Positions 29,401 to 36,784 of a stretch of DNA of 64,000 nt are shown here, one piece after another (positions within the stretch are counted from its first letter, which is position 1; each line of letters begins with the position of its first letter). The DNA comes from a virus. Under the pieces are notes generated by a model. That model was not told where the DNA came from and ran no database searches. It saw only the letters and a list, made by a program, of their open reading frames with translations. The position numbers and the translations under genes were made by a program. The stretch spans positions 1 to 64,000 of the IMG/VR virus record IMGVR_UViG_3300042553_000326. The stretch is one strand, 5' to 3'.

Positions 29401-31600
29401 ATTCTCTGAATCCACCGACTAATCGCTTAGAGGCATCTGCAACCAGCTGCTTATCCAGTATCTTTTCCATGTATAACAACAGTACAGTTGTATATACACC
29501 GAAGGTAAACATCGGTAGCTTTTCGCCGAATATAGGTATCAACTTCTTAGACAGAAGATGTAACGCTGTTCCAACCATTGTGGCTAGGGCTGCAAATACA
29601 GGAACTTGAAAGCTAGATGGCAATGCATTGAAAGCATCATGGCCGAACGCTCTCGACTCTCTGCCCTTCTTTGGACCTCTCGCCACCTGCCCATCTGGGT
29701 CAGAATCAACCATCCTGCCTAGCTTTTCATACTTGAACTTAACCTTATCTTGTATACCTAAGACTTGTTTCAGCGTATGAATAAAGGCGGCATCCGACTT
29801 AGCGAACCAGTCTTTGAAATCAGCTATGAACATCGAGACGTACCTGCCTATGCTGGTAGATAATAAGCTATCCATAACAGATGAGAACTTCTGCGAGAAG
29901 TAACTCTTTATGGACTTCATAACATCTACAAGTTCTGCATAGTTGGACTTAACAGCATCCATGAAGGATAAGAAAGGAGTTTCCTTTTGACCCTGTGCGC
30001 CATTCAATCCGACAGTTCTAACGCCACTGTTTACCCCAACCATCGTGAAACCACGACGATCAGACATTTCTGAGTCTGAATAAACTCTGCCAGGTCCGCG
30101 ACCGATTTTCTCTGGGACTTTCTCAACAGCACTTCTGGATTTTAAATCCTTCAGATAAGCTCTAATGGTAGTAAGTGTTTTGGAAAAGCTTGTTGTAATC
30201 TTATCGATACTGGAGGATAGACCTCCAAAAATATCTTTGAATACACCACCTATTAATACTCCCGCTGCGACAAATACAGCAACTACTTTAGCAGCCCACA
30301 TTTTCACAGAAGACAGGTCAGGCAAAAATGTCAACAACTCTTTGAACTTAGTTTTATACTGTTCAAAATCGAAGAGACCATTCATCATACCTTTGATAGC
30401 TTCGAATGCATTCCTGGCAATAGCTGGTAAATCTTGGATAAATTTGATCGTATCCAGCATAAGGTCTATGATCGCAATTTCGAACACAGACGCGTAATGC
30501 TGAATTCTTTCAGCGAACTTACCCATGGCTACGGCCATATTGTTTATTTGTTCAGCTGGGCCGCCGGAGCTAGAAAAGAATAGATTAGATATAGCTCTGA
30601 ATAACAGAAGTCCAGATGTCTGAGCATTTTGGAAAGCCTGTGCAAATGTAACACCAACTTTCTTGAACTTAGAGTCCATTACATCGGCCTGACTCAGTAT
30701 TGCTCTAAACACTTCATCAGCAGTAAGTTTACCCTCCTCACCCATCTTACGCAGGTCGCCGATAGCCTTACCCATTCCTTCGGCTATTGCCCTGGCTAAT
30801 GCAGGTGCATTCTCTAACACTGAGCGAAGTTCTTCACCAGCTAAGATACCAGATGCTAAACCCTGGCCTAACTGCAAGATAGCGCTTCTAGCTTCCTGCA
30901 TTGTGGTTCCAGACACAGCTAATGACTTGCCAATAGTAGAAGTCACTCTAGCAACCTCACGTTGGCTCACACCAAGTGTGTCACTAGCTTGGGCAATCTT
31001 GGTGTACAGTGTTGCAATATCAGCTAATGGTGTGCGAGTAGCCGTTGCAATGTGAGTTACATCTCTGAAGGCATTAGCGAACTTAGTAGTGGAATTTGTA
31101 ACTAAATTAATCTTCGTATCGATATTGGTTAAGATATCTGAAAATATAGCTAGTGAGGCAGCTGCACCGGAGGCGACAGTCACCTTAAGCAAGGTATTAG
31201 TTAATCCACCAGTCGACTTACTCGCCTTCTCAGTAACAGATGAGAATTCTGAAACAGATCTAGAATACGTCTGTAATTGTCCAGAGGCTTTATCAAGACC
31301 GTCAGCAGTAAAGTTAGTAGGTCTTCTAAGTGCATTCTTTACCTTATCTACTTCTCTACCGAGCTTTTGTACATTAGCTGTTGCGGTTCCAGTAGCGACC
31401 TCTGCCTTATTGCCTTTTAAACCTTCTTTGAAACTGGTAGTGGACTGACCCAGCTTATCGATTTTCTTTTGTGCTTCATCAGCATTGACTTTAAGCTTTA
31501 TATCATTTACGTTATCCAATCCACGTAACTTAGCTCTTAATCTGTCAACGGTAGAATTAGCTTTCTTTCCATCAACTAATACTTCTAATTCTATTGACAT
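23438..31600 (-). CDS. Tape measure protein (2720 aa) with embedded HExxH metallopeptidase-like and glucosaminidase/FlgJ-like domains
   Basis: Tape-measure domain (QLGQGLASG.L.GEELRSVLENAP), amphipathic repeats, HEFGHH, LETGYG..NNLGN...GYAEDPAY, three GTGTSDSI..LSNGE repeats. Confidence 0.92.
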   Translation of the reverse strand: MSIELEVLVDGKKANSTVDRLRAKLRGLDNVNDIKLKVNADEAQKKIDKLGQSTTSFKEGLKGNKAEVATGTATANVQKLGREVDKVKNALRRPTNFTADGLDKASGQLQTYSRSVSEFSSVTEKASKSTGGLTNTLLKVTVASGAAASLAIFSDILTNIDTKINLVTNSTTKFANAFRDVTHIATATRTPLADIATLYTKIAQASDTLGVSQREVARVTSTIGKSLAVSGTTMQEARSAILQLGQGLASGILAGEELRSVLENAPALARAIAEGMGKAIGDLRKMGEEGKLTADEVFRAILSQADVMDSKFKKVGVTFAQAFQNAQTSGLLLFRAISNLFFSSSGGPAEQINNMAVAMGKFAERIQHYASVFEIAIIDLMLDTIKFIQDLPAIARNAFEAIKGMMNGLFDFEQYKTKFKELLTFLPDLSSVKMWAAKVVAVFVAAGVLIGGVFKDIFGGLSSSIDKITTSFSKTLTTIRAYLKDLKSRSAVEKVPEKIGRGPGRVYSDSEMSDRRGFTMVGVNSGVRTVGLNGAQGQKETPFLSFMDAVKSNYAELVDVMKSIKSYFSQKFSSVMDSLLSTSIGRYVSMFIADFKDWFAKSDAAFIHTLKQVLGIQDKVKFKYEKLGRMVDSDPDGQVARGPKKGRESRAFGHDAFNALPSSFQVPVFAALATMVGTALHLLSKKLIPIFGEKLPMFTFGVYTTVLLLYMEKILDKQLVADASKRLVGGFREFVDMIVKGFLGKGITGSAGLIGTLTVIAKLALLFEKGREIALGALKTIATGPTRLAQIGTDKITQQVLQNRLANADLRIANARQSNPADLAAATANRQAVNTQLKDLNKTLAEASKNAKAGLMTLGGGIGGTAGTFAGYQIGVEIVKGMGESSEWAKYGTIIASALTGQAIGAFIGVAAIQLTALFSSAILAGVGKAVAFLLPILTAPITLFIVGVAALVLALTNWDTLVGAVKTAFTFVKENALDPFVNKMGELWENVSKKIKEHIDALTNGPRSFVRDTLKTDTKIPGTDSTVGDLGSFVGGGLIGTWVAVKLLATQLGTTTLSSLSSMGVSLRMIFQNIGPLLNGLFLELAKELRQAFGITSPIVRNLITTLGIALGAVAAVFSSPAVIAAAVIAAKLAVAAGIGYLIYKALRYASGTDLPQQTESAKVNQIPANAAGGPIRGPGTGTSDSILARLSNGEFVVNAAATARHRGLLETINNGGLPGFAKGGYNSFYQNDRMAAKLPNGKQKYAPETTSFDPRALAMAISAARQNGVAISAEDAKALFTNALTENRLDYGVNLLEGKVGSVLERGVKPEFVEPLVQASIKKYGDLILPSMIPSIRNLWSKASVSDADPYGAQLLVEEAMSLIGVNPLGPPQRRYRRDFDLPFAQDIAGKLGVSNLIRKSLGAFGDIHELDSFSSALSYIDDGRNTLDSLHTFKANTYLFHTLLKMRESRKSSIADTILSGRTNGNGSVRDSDGRLIASSSNHVRKNLAVDNAANADLFNYFEKLHIFGTLDARDRMLRGFQTGGFIDFDSLYGGLNSDVKGAGLKRLLSGDAFEGGYSFGDKMIAYPKFGNKGSQLENELKYIIGRHEFGHHELLSNRKALGMSNYIADASSRIGGARIDEEYLAYMHTIANAPFPISSDGKSFMALAMRAYISNLTQETAGESKFLDDAWDFADDATFNGSKNPFSIMSIAMSDEMVRLMADKGPMSQTLRHAAGALMLGTKYRDLVPAQYNPDPSIYGKPQHFEDNPRYKAPKFRQTKFKTPFDFFEWMLRGNEGKDPEGYAAGGSIRGAGTGTSDSILARLSNGEFVVNAKSTAKYQGLLEAINSGAGLPGFSEGGKALFERTYRTSAERVGNTLGVSPDVILRHWGLETGYGAKIVGNNLGNMIAVGNQPFVTRSDKDAKGNPIKQNFRVFKDIIEFEEEYSGLIQRRYKESLNAEADMVKFATGLQKGGYAEDPAYVEKFIGRRLGPKEIEGMVPSSGGSLTDRALAAFNKVIDSMGLGGIRDRILNAIRSAFGKTADESSNAIRDAMGNMELDKANGVIQDALESTGFTTSIEKIAALGDAERSELVDTLDKYTKIRDKVVAYRTAEAGYAAETSEARREILGKVRDEAAKALQPFGGIFGATEFLRKGGPRIDDILNANASPKDALVPNETKGGFSKKLDSMNFSEAVIQTFAGRGDSEFREMLNGFTKEVADGLDEWTEQSIEYHLNRFEEARNAIDAEEAKPGGGDKRIISLNMRKQKSAEKTVGPQIAKAVGESLANIKWGVFIKPEARNLGISLASEFTSQLSQSMSEVFKGNKNWFDGPESLIRGMFNNFTNRIIEVSVDSFVKAFMKGTIEGFIARYMANQAQSFTNIGRIFESKQGPGYEGIGGYFKGIKDNFNEFILGGKNSTTDGSEATDLLQKNLKNLGAVLPDSAGSLTESLQSTPIALKEVVDSGNTIRSKLFSAENKVSEQMSAVNLDAQAKVLDAAANTNAGVLNDNNNFFFSSLSSAWRDLGGILKSAWGDLKSILTSAWDIIKGIFTGGSTAPGGGGLLGGIGGLISGAKEWFTGDTAGGTAAGAAVSTPIAPPDMIIEIPEWQWDFGYGMASGGRVSGAGTGTSDSIATMLSNGEYVINANSTKKFLPLLESINNGSFRRFAEGGLVAGALAVTPAMASIDSSKRMDEQKSQQVFNINITGDVSRQTRSEIQKMIPQIATGVNMHNAEKGRR

Positions 31601-31610
31601 TTAATTCTCC

Positions 31611-31646
31611 AAAAATAACCCCCGATGACATAATGCCATCAGGGGT
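31611..31646 (-). terminator. Intrinsic terminator/attenuator upstream of the tape measure gene
   Basis: ACCCCTGATG...CATCGGGGGT followed by TATTTTT. Confidence 0.65.
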
Positions 31647-31647
31647 C

Positions 31648-31953
31648 TTATTTTGTTACCTTTCCGACGGGTCTTCCGTATTTTAAAGCAACTTTCTCTA
31701 CGAAAAATGGCGGAGCTTGTTTTGAACTACCTGCGTTAAGCTCATCTATATACGGGACAGGATTACTAACATTAAATCTATCATCACCCTGTGGTGTTAC
31801 TTTCCAACTATCCTGTGCTAGACCTGTATCTACTGGTGTAGCCAGTTTCAAGTCAGCTAGCAGAGCGACCATAGTGATGGCTACCTTATCAGATCCAGCT
31901 TTCTTCAGCTTATCTCGAAGCTTGCCTATCTCATATTCTAGATTTTTAATCAC
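31648..31953 (-). CDS. HK97 gp10-like neck/tail completion protein
   Basis: TPVDTG.A..SW, NPVPYI..LN.GSSKQAP..FV. Confidence 0.85.
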   Translation of the reverse strand: MIKNLEYEIGKLRDKLKKAGSDKVAITMVALLADLKLATPVDTGLAQDSWKVTPQGDDRFNVSNPVPYIDELNAGSSKQAPPFFVEKVALKYGRPVGKVTK

Positions 31954-32288
31954 TATGCATCCCCTACTATTGATGTCAGAGATTCACCGCCTTTTGCACC
32001 AAGCATCTTTCTAAACAATGCTGAGTTCTTAAGGCCATTATCACCTTTCTTACCCTTAATAGCAGCTAGCGACGGGAATAATTTATCCCTGGAGATCTTT
32101 GCTCCAGCAGCTTCTATTTGTAACGCAGCTCGATAGTCCTCACGCCATCCAACAGGTCTATCCTTAAAATACAGTTGCCAACCTCTAAACTCTGTGTACG
32201 GCATATCACAGACTTCTTGAAAGGAACAGCGAAGAGTATAGGCTAGTTCGTATAGCTCTATATCTTCTTCGCTTAATTCGACTTTCCC
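31953..32288 (-). CDS. Tail assembly chaperone GT, C-terminal part reached by -1 frameshift
   Basis: The -1 frame from GGGAAAG reads GKVELSEEDIELYELAYTLRCSFQEVCDMPYTEFRGW... and is continuous with ORF 31953-32204. Confidence 0.85.
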   Translation of the reverse strand, partial: GKVELSEEDIELYELAYTLRCSFQEVCDMPYTEFRGWQLYFKDRPVGWREDYRAALQIEAAGAKISRDKLFPSLAAIKGKKGDNGLKNSALFRKMLGAKGGESLTSIVGDA

Positions 32289-32575
32289 GCCTTTGCTAGC
32301 CCGGAATATTCCATGATGGCAGCAGATAGACTGGACAAGTCATCCAGCGGAAATTCTTGCAATTCCTCAGACGTAAATTCAGCCATCTCAGGCGCACCAA
32401 GCTTAATGACCACTTCAAGCATCTTCAAGCCAGCATCGTCTGTGGAATTATCTTGTTCTTTAGCAAGCTTCTGAACTTCGATAACTTGCTTTGTGCTCAG
32501 CTTGAAAATCTCCACGGTCTCACCCATGAATTTGACTTTCTTGCCAGGAGCTGCTTTGAATACACGCTTTTCCAT
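32273..32575 (-). CDS. Tail assembly chaperone G
   Basis: Between tail tube and tape measure; ends ...LAKAGKSN with the slippery site. Confidence 0.85.
   Translation of the reverse strand: MEKRVFKAAPGKKVKFMGETVEIFKLSTKQVIEVQKLAKEQDNSTDDAGLKMLEVVIKLGAPEMAEFTSEELQEFPLDDLSSLSAAIMEYSGLAKAGKSN
32282..32288 (-). promoter_or_regulatory. -1 programmed ribosomal frameshift site GGGAAAG
   Basis: Same heptamer as the lambda G-T slippery site, in the correct G GGA AAG phase. Confidence 0.9.
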
Positions 32576-32607
32576 AATTTCTTTATCTTTCTCAATTGTT
32601 AACATGA

Positions 32608-32853
32608 TTATTTAGCCTTGAAAGCTTCTTTGTGAATAAGCTGAAATTCATCTAGTTGCTTTCGCAAACCATGAAGAATTGTCAACGTACGGAAGACTTC
32701 AGACGATTTTACTTGATCACCTTCAAATTCTGCAATACGTGCAGTCGTCTTTCTGATACTAATATCAATAAAACGACGCATATGTTTGGCAGTAATTCGA
32801 AGGACGTAGCCTTGAGTAAAAGGCTTATCTTTGTCGTTTTCGATATTATCCAT
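32608..32853 (-). CDS. Hypothetical protein of the tail module
   Basis: AAGGA RBS; position after the tail tube gene. Confidence 0.65.
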   Translation of the reverse strand: MDNIENDKDKPFTQGYVLRITAKHMRRFIDISIRKTTARIAEFEGDQVKSSEVFRTLTILHGLRKQLDEFQLIHKEAFKAK

Positions 32854-32944
32854 TATTATCCTTGATATTGAGGGCACTGAGACTTATGGTACTCAGATAT
32901 TTAAGTTAGTGGTACCGGTACATAACCCCTCAAAACATCAGCTA

Positions 32945-33520
32945 TTAGGCCGTAGTGAAAGCGCCGTAGAAGTCAGACTGCACCGACAGAGTCAGGGTAG
33001 CGGTATTCGCATCCGTCAGCTGCGGGTTAACAAGCAGAGCTTCGATCTTACCAAGCCAGAAGAACTGGGTATTCGGCACGGTCATCACCGACGCACCAAC
33101 AGAGCCATCAGCGCCGTTAGTATCAGCGTTAGCCAGCGTAAAGCGGAAAGCGTGAATCACGCCGTCAGCAACCGCATCGCCAAGAATCGTACCGGCAGCC
33201 CAATCAGCGGGGACGTAGTTAATCGTTACTTCCAGGTTAGGGGCGTCAGATTGACCCTGAACCTGCTGCGACTGAGCTTGACCGTACACAGGTACGTTAA
33301 CAATATTCGGAGGAGTACCGATAGACGGGAACTCACGAATGTTGTTGATCAGTTTGAACTGAGTAGCACTCGCCGTATCAGCCGCAGTGGTGAACTTGTC
33401 ATCCCACGAACCGTACACAGTCGGCGAAGCCGGAAGAGCCACGTCGGTCGAAGCACTCGTACCGAAGTGAATTGCCAGCGTCGAATAGATACCAGCGCCA
33501 ATAGAAGTGATATGTGCCAT
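32945..33520 (-). CDS. Major tail tube protein
   Basis: IREFPSIGTPPNIVNVPVYG...QGQSDAPNLEVTINYVP; strong codon bias; gene order. Confidence 0.85.
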   Translation of the reverse strand: MAHITSIGAGIYSTLAIHFGTSASTDVALPASPTVYGSWDDKFTTAADTASATQFKLINNIREFPSIGTPPNIVNVPVYGQAQSQQVQGQSDAPNLEVTINYVPADWAAGTILGDAVADGVIHAFRFTLANADTNGADGSVGASVMTVPNTQFFWLGKIEALLVNPQLTDANTATLTLSVQSDFYGAFTTA

Positions 33521-33525
33521 AAAGC

Positions 33526-33930
33526 TTAGACTCCAGAAGTGAAATAGTTAAAAGGTACTGAGTAAATAGCGCGATACAAAGATGGATTATCTCTGTCCGC
33601 ACCACTAAGTACCAAGTTACTAGCACCTATCTGTGTGACACCACTGCCCGTAGACAAGTGTTCTCCCACTAGAAAGGTATCTAGTGTATCTGCTATCTGA
33701 GTGACCTTGTTAGGTCCTTTACCAGCAGACACAAATATGTCTATATTTAGTATTCCGGAAACGGAGTTAATGTTAACCCCTTTACCACCCGAAATGATGT
33801 GTACCCTAATGTAATCGCCAGCAGCCTCTCCAATGAAATTAGATGGGAAGGTATCGATATTTTTCGATGTCCATCTAGTTGTCTTGAAGATTGAGAAGAC
33901 GTCTTTTTGTATATCGGCGTATTTACCCAT
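33526..33930 (-). CDS. Tail terminator protein
   Basis: GILNIDIFV.AG.G...IAD.L; start MGKYADIQ overlaps the upstream stop; precedes the tail tube gene. Confidence 0.75.
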   Translation of the reverse strand: MGKYADIQKDVFSIFKTTRWTSKNIDTFPSNFIGEAAGDYIRVHIISGGKGVNINSVSGILNIDIFVSAGKGPNKVTQIADTLDTFLVGEHLSTGSGVTQIGASNLVLSGADRDNPSLYRAIYSVPFNYFTSGV

Positions 33931-34298
33931 TAATTGGTCCTCGCCACATCTAAAACCACAATATAGCCATTGTCCTTTACAGGCTGAATGACCTTCCAAC
34001 TCTTACCTTCAAAGACAGCAGTATCATAGATTGTCAAATCGGAGATGTCAGCTGTGATAACAATGATTTCAGCCTTTAAAGTATTGGCCTCACTCGTTTG
34101 TATCTCGCGTTTGTCTCTTTTCTTTTCAATCACAACACCTTTTATTACAGTAGACACAACGGCTGTCTGTTCTGCACTAGCTGTTCTGAAGTTGAAGCTA
34201 GAAGAATCACTCTGCTGCAACGTAATATCTATGGCTAAGTCCTTAATAGCAGAGAAGGCTTTCCTAACATTAGATCTTACTGTAGAGCGTAAACTCAT
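33930..34298 (-). CDS. Head closure/stopper protein
   Basis: Gene order after the adaptor; beta-rich with GKSWKV near the C-terminus. Confidence 0.65.
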   Translation of the reverse strand: MSLRSTVRSNVRKAFSAIKDLAIDITLQQSDSSSFNFRTASAEQTAVVSTVIKGVVIEKKRDKREIQTSEANTLKAEIIVITADISDLTIYDTAVFEGKSWKVIQPVKDNGYIVVLDVARTN

Positions 34299-34780
34299 TA
34301 GTTTGCCCTCCAGACAGTTCTACTGCCAGCCCCTCCTATACTACGCAGCGGTCTTATCATGTTATATACAACACCGGGGATCATACTTACACTCTTAACA
34401 TTCTTAAGCTTGATTGGGCCTACTTCGATGTCGGTAACACCACCGGTGTCATCCAACAGACCATCATTATTAAGCAGATGATAAGCCAACTCGTAAGTCG
34501 ACTTGATGATTCTTTGAGGAACCTCATCGCCTAACGTGACGGTCATACCTAATTTAGGGTCGAAGTAGTCACCATAGCGTGGGAATGCTAATAGCTGATC
34601 TTCACTTACGGCATAGCCTGTCCAGTTTAACTCATCTAAAATGCTGGTAGCAGTAACCAGAGATTGAGCCTTTTGCGTCTCGGACGCGTCAGTCCAGGCC
34701 ACAACGTCGAGTCTGTCAGCGAAGTATGCATCTGCCTCTTCGACAGTAACGTATGAGTTAGTACTTTTAGCTAATGCCAT
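34298..34780 (-). CDS. Head-tail adaptor (DnaT-like family)
   Basis: NSYVTVEEADAYF, Q.LAFPR, VP..I.....ELA, VGPI motifs. Confidence 0.85.
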   Translation of the reverse strand: MALAKSTNSYVTVEEADAYFADRLDVVAWTDASETQKAQSLVTATSILDELNWTGYAVSEDQLLAFPRYGDYFDPKLGMTVTLGDEVPQRIIKSTYELAYHLLNNDGLLDDTGGVTDIEVGPIKLKNVKSVSMIPGVVYNMIRPLRSIGGAGSRTVWRAN

Positions 34781-34791
34781 AAGCTACACCA

Positions 34792-35991
34792 TTACGAGTG
34801 GAAGACCGGGAGAATACCAAGGCTCAGAGCAGAGCTATACTTACGCTGCCACACGCCTTGCACGTACGCCGGAGTACCAGTAACCAGACCGTCAGTAGCG
34901 GCGGTAAGGGCAACATAAGCGGCATTTTCCACAACTTCCTTGTAGTCAGCATCAGACGCGAAAGCATCTTCGCTACCAGCCCAGGTGTAACCAGCCGGAT
35001 GAGCGATGTAGCCCCAGCGATACCAAATTTCAGTGGTACCACCACCTTTGTAGGCGGAAGGCGAACGTGCCATTTCGACCGGAGTCGGAACAGCCAGAGC
35101 GTTAAAGTTGATCGAGCCAGGCAGCACGATGAAGCTGGTCTTCGTACCAGTGATATCAACACCAGGACCAGTGTTCAGCTTAGTCAGCTCGGCGCTAGAC
35201 ATCGACTGAGTGGCTCTAGTCAAGATAAGACGAAACTTACCCTGGAAAATCGTCTGGAAGTCAACGCCGGCTTCGCTAACCTTATCCTGATCCACCAGAT
35301 TGGCGGAGCGGAAAGAGGCCATAACTTCAGGGCTAGTAACCAGGTAGGCGTACGACGGTTCGTAATCCTTCCAACCCTTACCCATAGCTTGCAGGAAGCC
35401 TTCGGCACGAGCAGCGCCTTGAATGATAGCGGTAGCATCGACAACAGCTTTAGCCGAGCCCAGATCCACGTAGAAGCCATACTTCTTGTCAGTCGGGTCG
35501 TTATCAAACGTCTGACCACCCAGACCGTTAGCGCCTTGAGCCTTACCAGCACCATTAAGGGCTTCGGTAATAGCAACACCCTTAAGCACAGCCAGAAGAG
35601 CGTTATGCTCGTCTTGAGTACGCGTCTCGGAGAAGTCGCGACCAATCTTGGCCAGACCATCTTCCTGCGTAACAACTTGCTTCATGTTGACCTTCTCAGC
35701 GCCATGCGTACGAACGGTCTTAACATACTTCAGGAACTCGCTGTCTTGCGTAGTCTTAGTACCAGCGGTGCTATCGGAGATCGACGCAACGTTGATAGTG
35801 GGATTCAGCGGCTTTCTCCAGCGAAGTTGACCAATATAGGTCTCGGTGTCAACGTTAATCTCAGGGTTCGAGACAGCGATACCGGTACCAACCAGTTTCT
35901 TAGCATTGGTGTAAGCTTCATCAGCATAAGCACCAATTGCCTCTTGCAGAACGGTGTCAGTTGCACCGGTAATAGACTTTGTAGCGGACAT
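34792..35991 (-). CDS. Major capsid protein (399 aa)
   Basis: Follows the scaffold; strong codon bias; GGGTTEIWYRWGYIAHPAGYTW motif near the C-terminus. Confidence 0.88.
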   Translation of the reverse strand: MSATKSITGATDTVLQEAIGAYADEAYTNAKKLVGTGIAVSNPEINVDTETYIGQLRWRKPLNPTINVASISDSTAGTKTTQDSEFLKYVKTVRTHGAEKVNMKQVVTQEDGLAKIGRDFSETRTQDEHNALLAVLKGVAITEALNGAGKAQGANGLGGQTFDNDPTDKKYGFYVDLGSAKAVVDATAIIQGAARAEGFLQAMGKGWKDYEPSYAYLVTSPEVMASFRSANLVDQDKVSEAGVDFQTIFQGKFRLILTRATQSMSSAELTKLNTGPGVDITGTKTSFIVLPGSINFNALAVPTPVEMARSPSAYKGGGTTEIWYRWGYIAHPAGYTWAGSEDAFASDADYKEVVENAAYVALTAATDGLVTGTPAYVQGVWQRKYSSALSLGILPVFHS

Positions 35992-36006
35992 ATTGTTTCC
36001 TTGTTA

Positions 36007-36708
36007 TTATCGAGAGAATTTACCTGCAGCAGCCATCGCAATGACTTCTGCCTGTGATTTAGCAAATAAAGAAGTACTCTTCGACTGCTCACCTTGGCCA
36101 CCTTTAGGTTCGCCTTGGCCACCAGCTCCAGAGTTAGTTCTCGGTTTAAACAAGAAGGCTTGATCTTCGTCAGCCGCAAAGGACTTGACAAAATCGTGCA
36201 ATGATACACCAGACTTATGAATCCACTCGCCTTTATCATTACGTACGAGCTGATCGATTACTTCCTTAAAAGCAATCTGTGAGGCTCGTTCGTTTCTGAA
36301 TTCTAGAATACTAAGTGCGGTTTTAACTTCCACGTCGCGGGTAAGTTCAACAACACGCTTCTCAGCAGCTTCTCTGGCAATCTTCTCGTCCTTCAGACGT
36401 TGCTCATAAGCTTCCTTATGTTTACCTTCGTCCTCCAAACGCTTAAGTTCAGCCTCACGCTCAGCAGTTTCCTTAGCCTTTAATTTAGCTTCTGCTTCAT
36501 CACGTGCTTTGTAAGCCTTGTCTAGATTTTCTTTGATCTTCGCTAGTTCAGCATCAGATTTCTCTTTAGCCAGACGCTCAATCTTTTCCTCAGCGGTTTC
36601 GTTCTTAAGTCTTTCCTTTTCTTCCTCTTTCTTAATTGCAAGCTCTTCCGCAGCAATCTCTTCAGGAGTCTTAGGGGTACCGTCTTCTTTGTTTGGATTT
36701 ACAGCCAT
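36007..36708 (-). CDS. Capsid scaffolding protein
   Basis: E/K-rich coiled coil, FLFK...SGAG C-terminal pattern; directly upstream of the capsid gene. Confidence 0.8.
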   Translation of the reverse strand: MAVNPNKEDGTPKTPEEIAAEELAIKKEEEKERLKNETAEEKIERLAKEKSDAELAKIKENLDKAYKARDEAEAKLKAKETAEREAELKRLEDEGKHKEAYEQRLKDEKIAREAAEKRVVELTRDVEVKTALSILEFRNERASQIAFKEVIDQLVRNDKGEWIHKSGVSLHDFVKSFAADEDQAFLFKPRTNSGAGGQGEPKGGQGEQSKSTSLFAKSQAEVIAMAAAGKFSR

Positions 36709-36784
36709 TTTGTTTCATCTCCTGGGCACGGCCCAAAAACTTCTCAAGAGAGCACACACGGTGCACTCCCTGAGTAGATTAAAA

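Noticed and set aside
34798-36057. 419-aa plus-strand ORF antisense to the major capsid gene (also 32831-33529, 53389-53925, 23673-24473, 286-813)
   Set aside because: Shadow ORFs expected from the codon bias of the real minus-strand genes; no RBS or recognisable motifs
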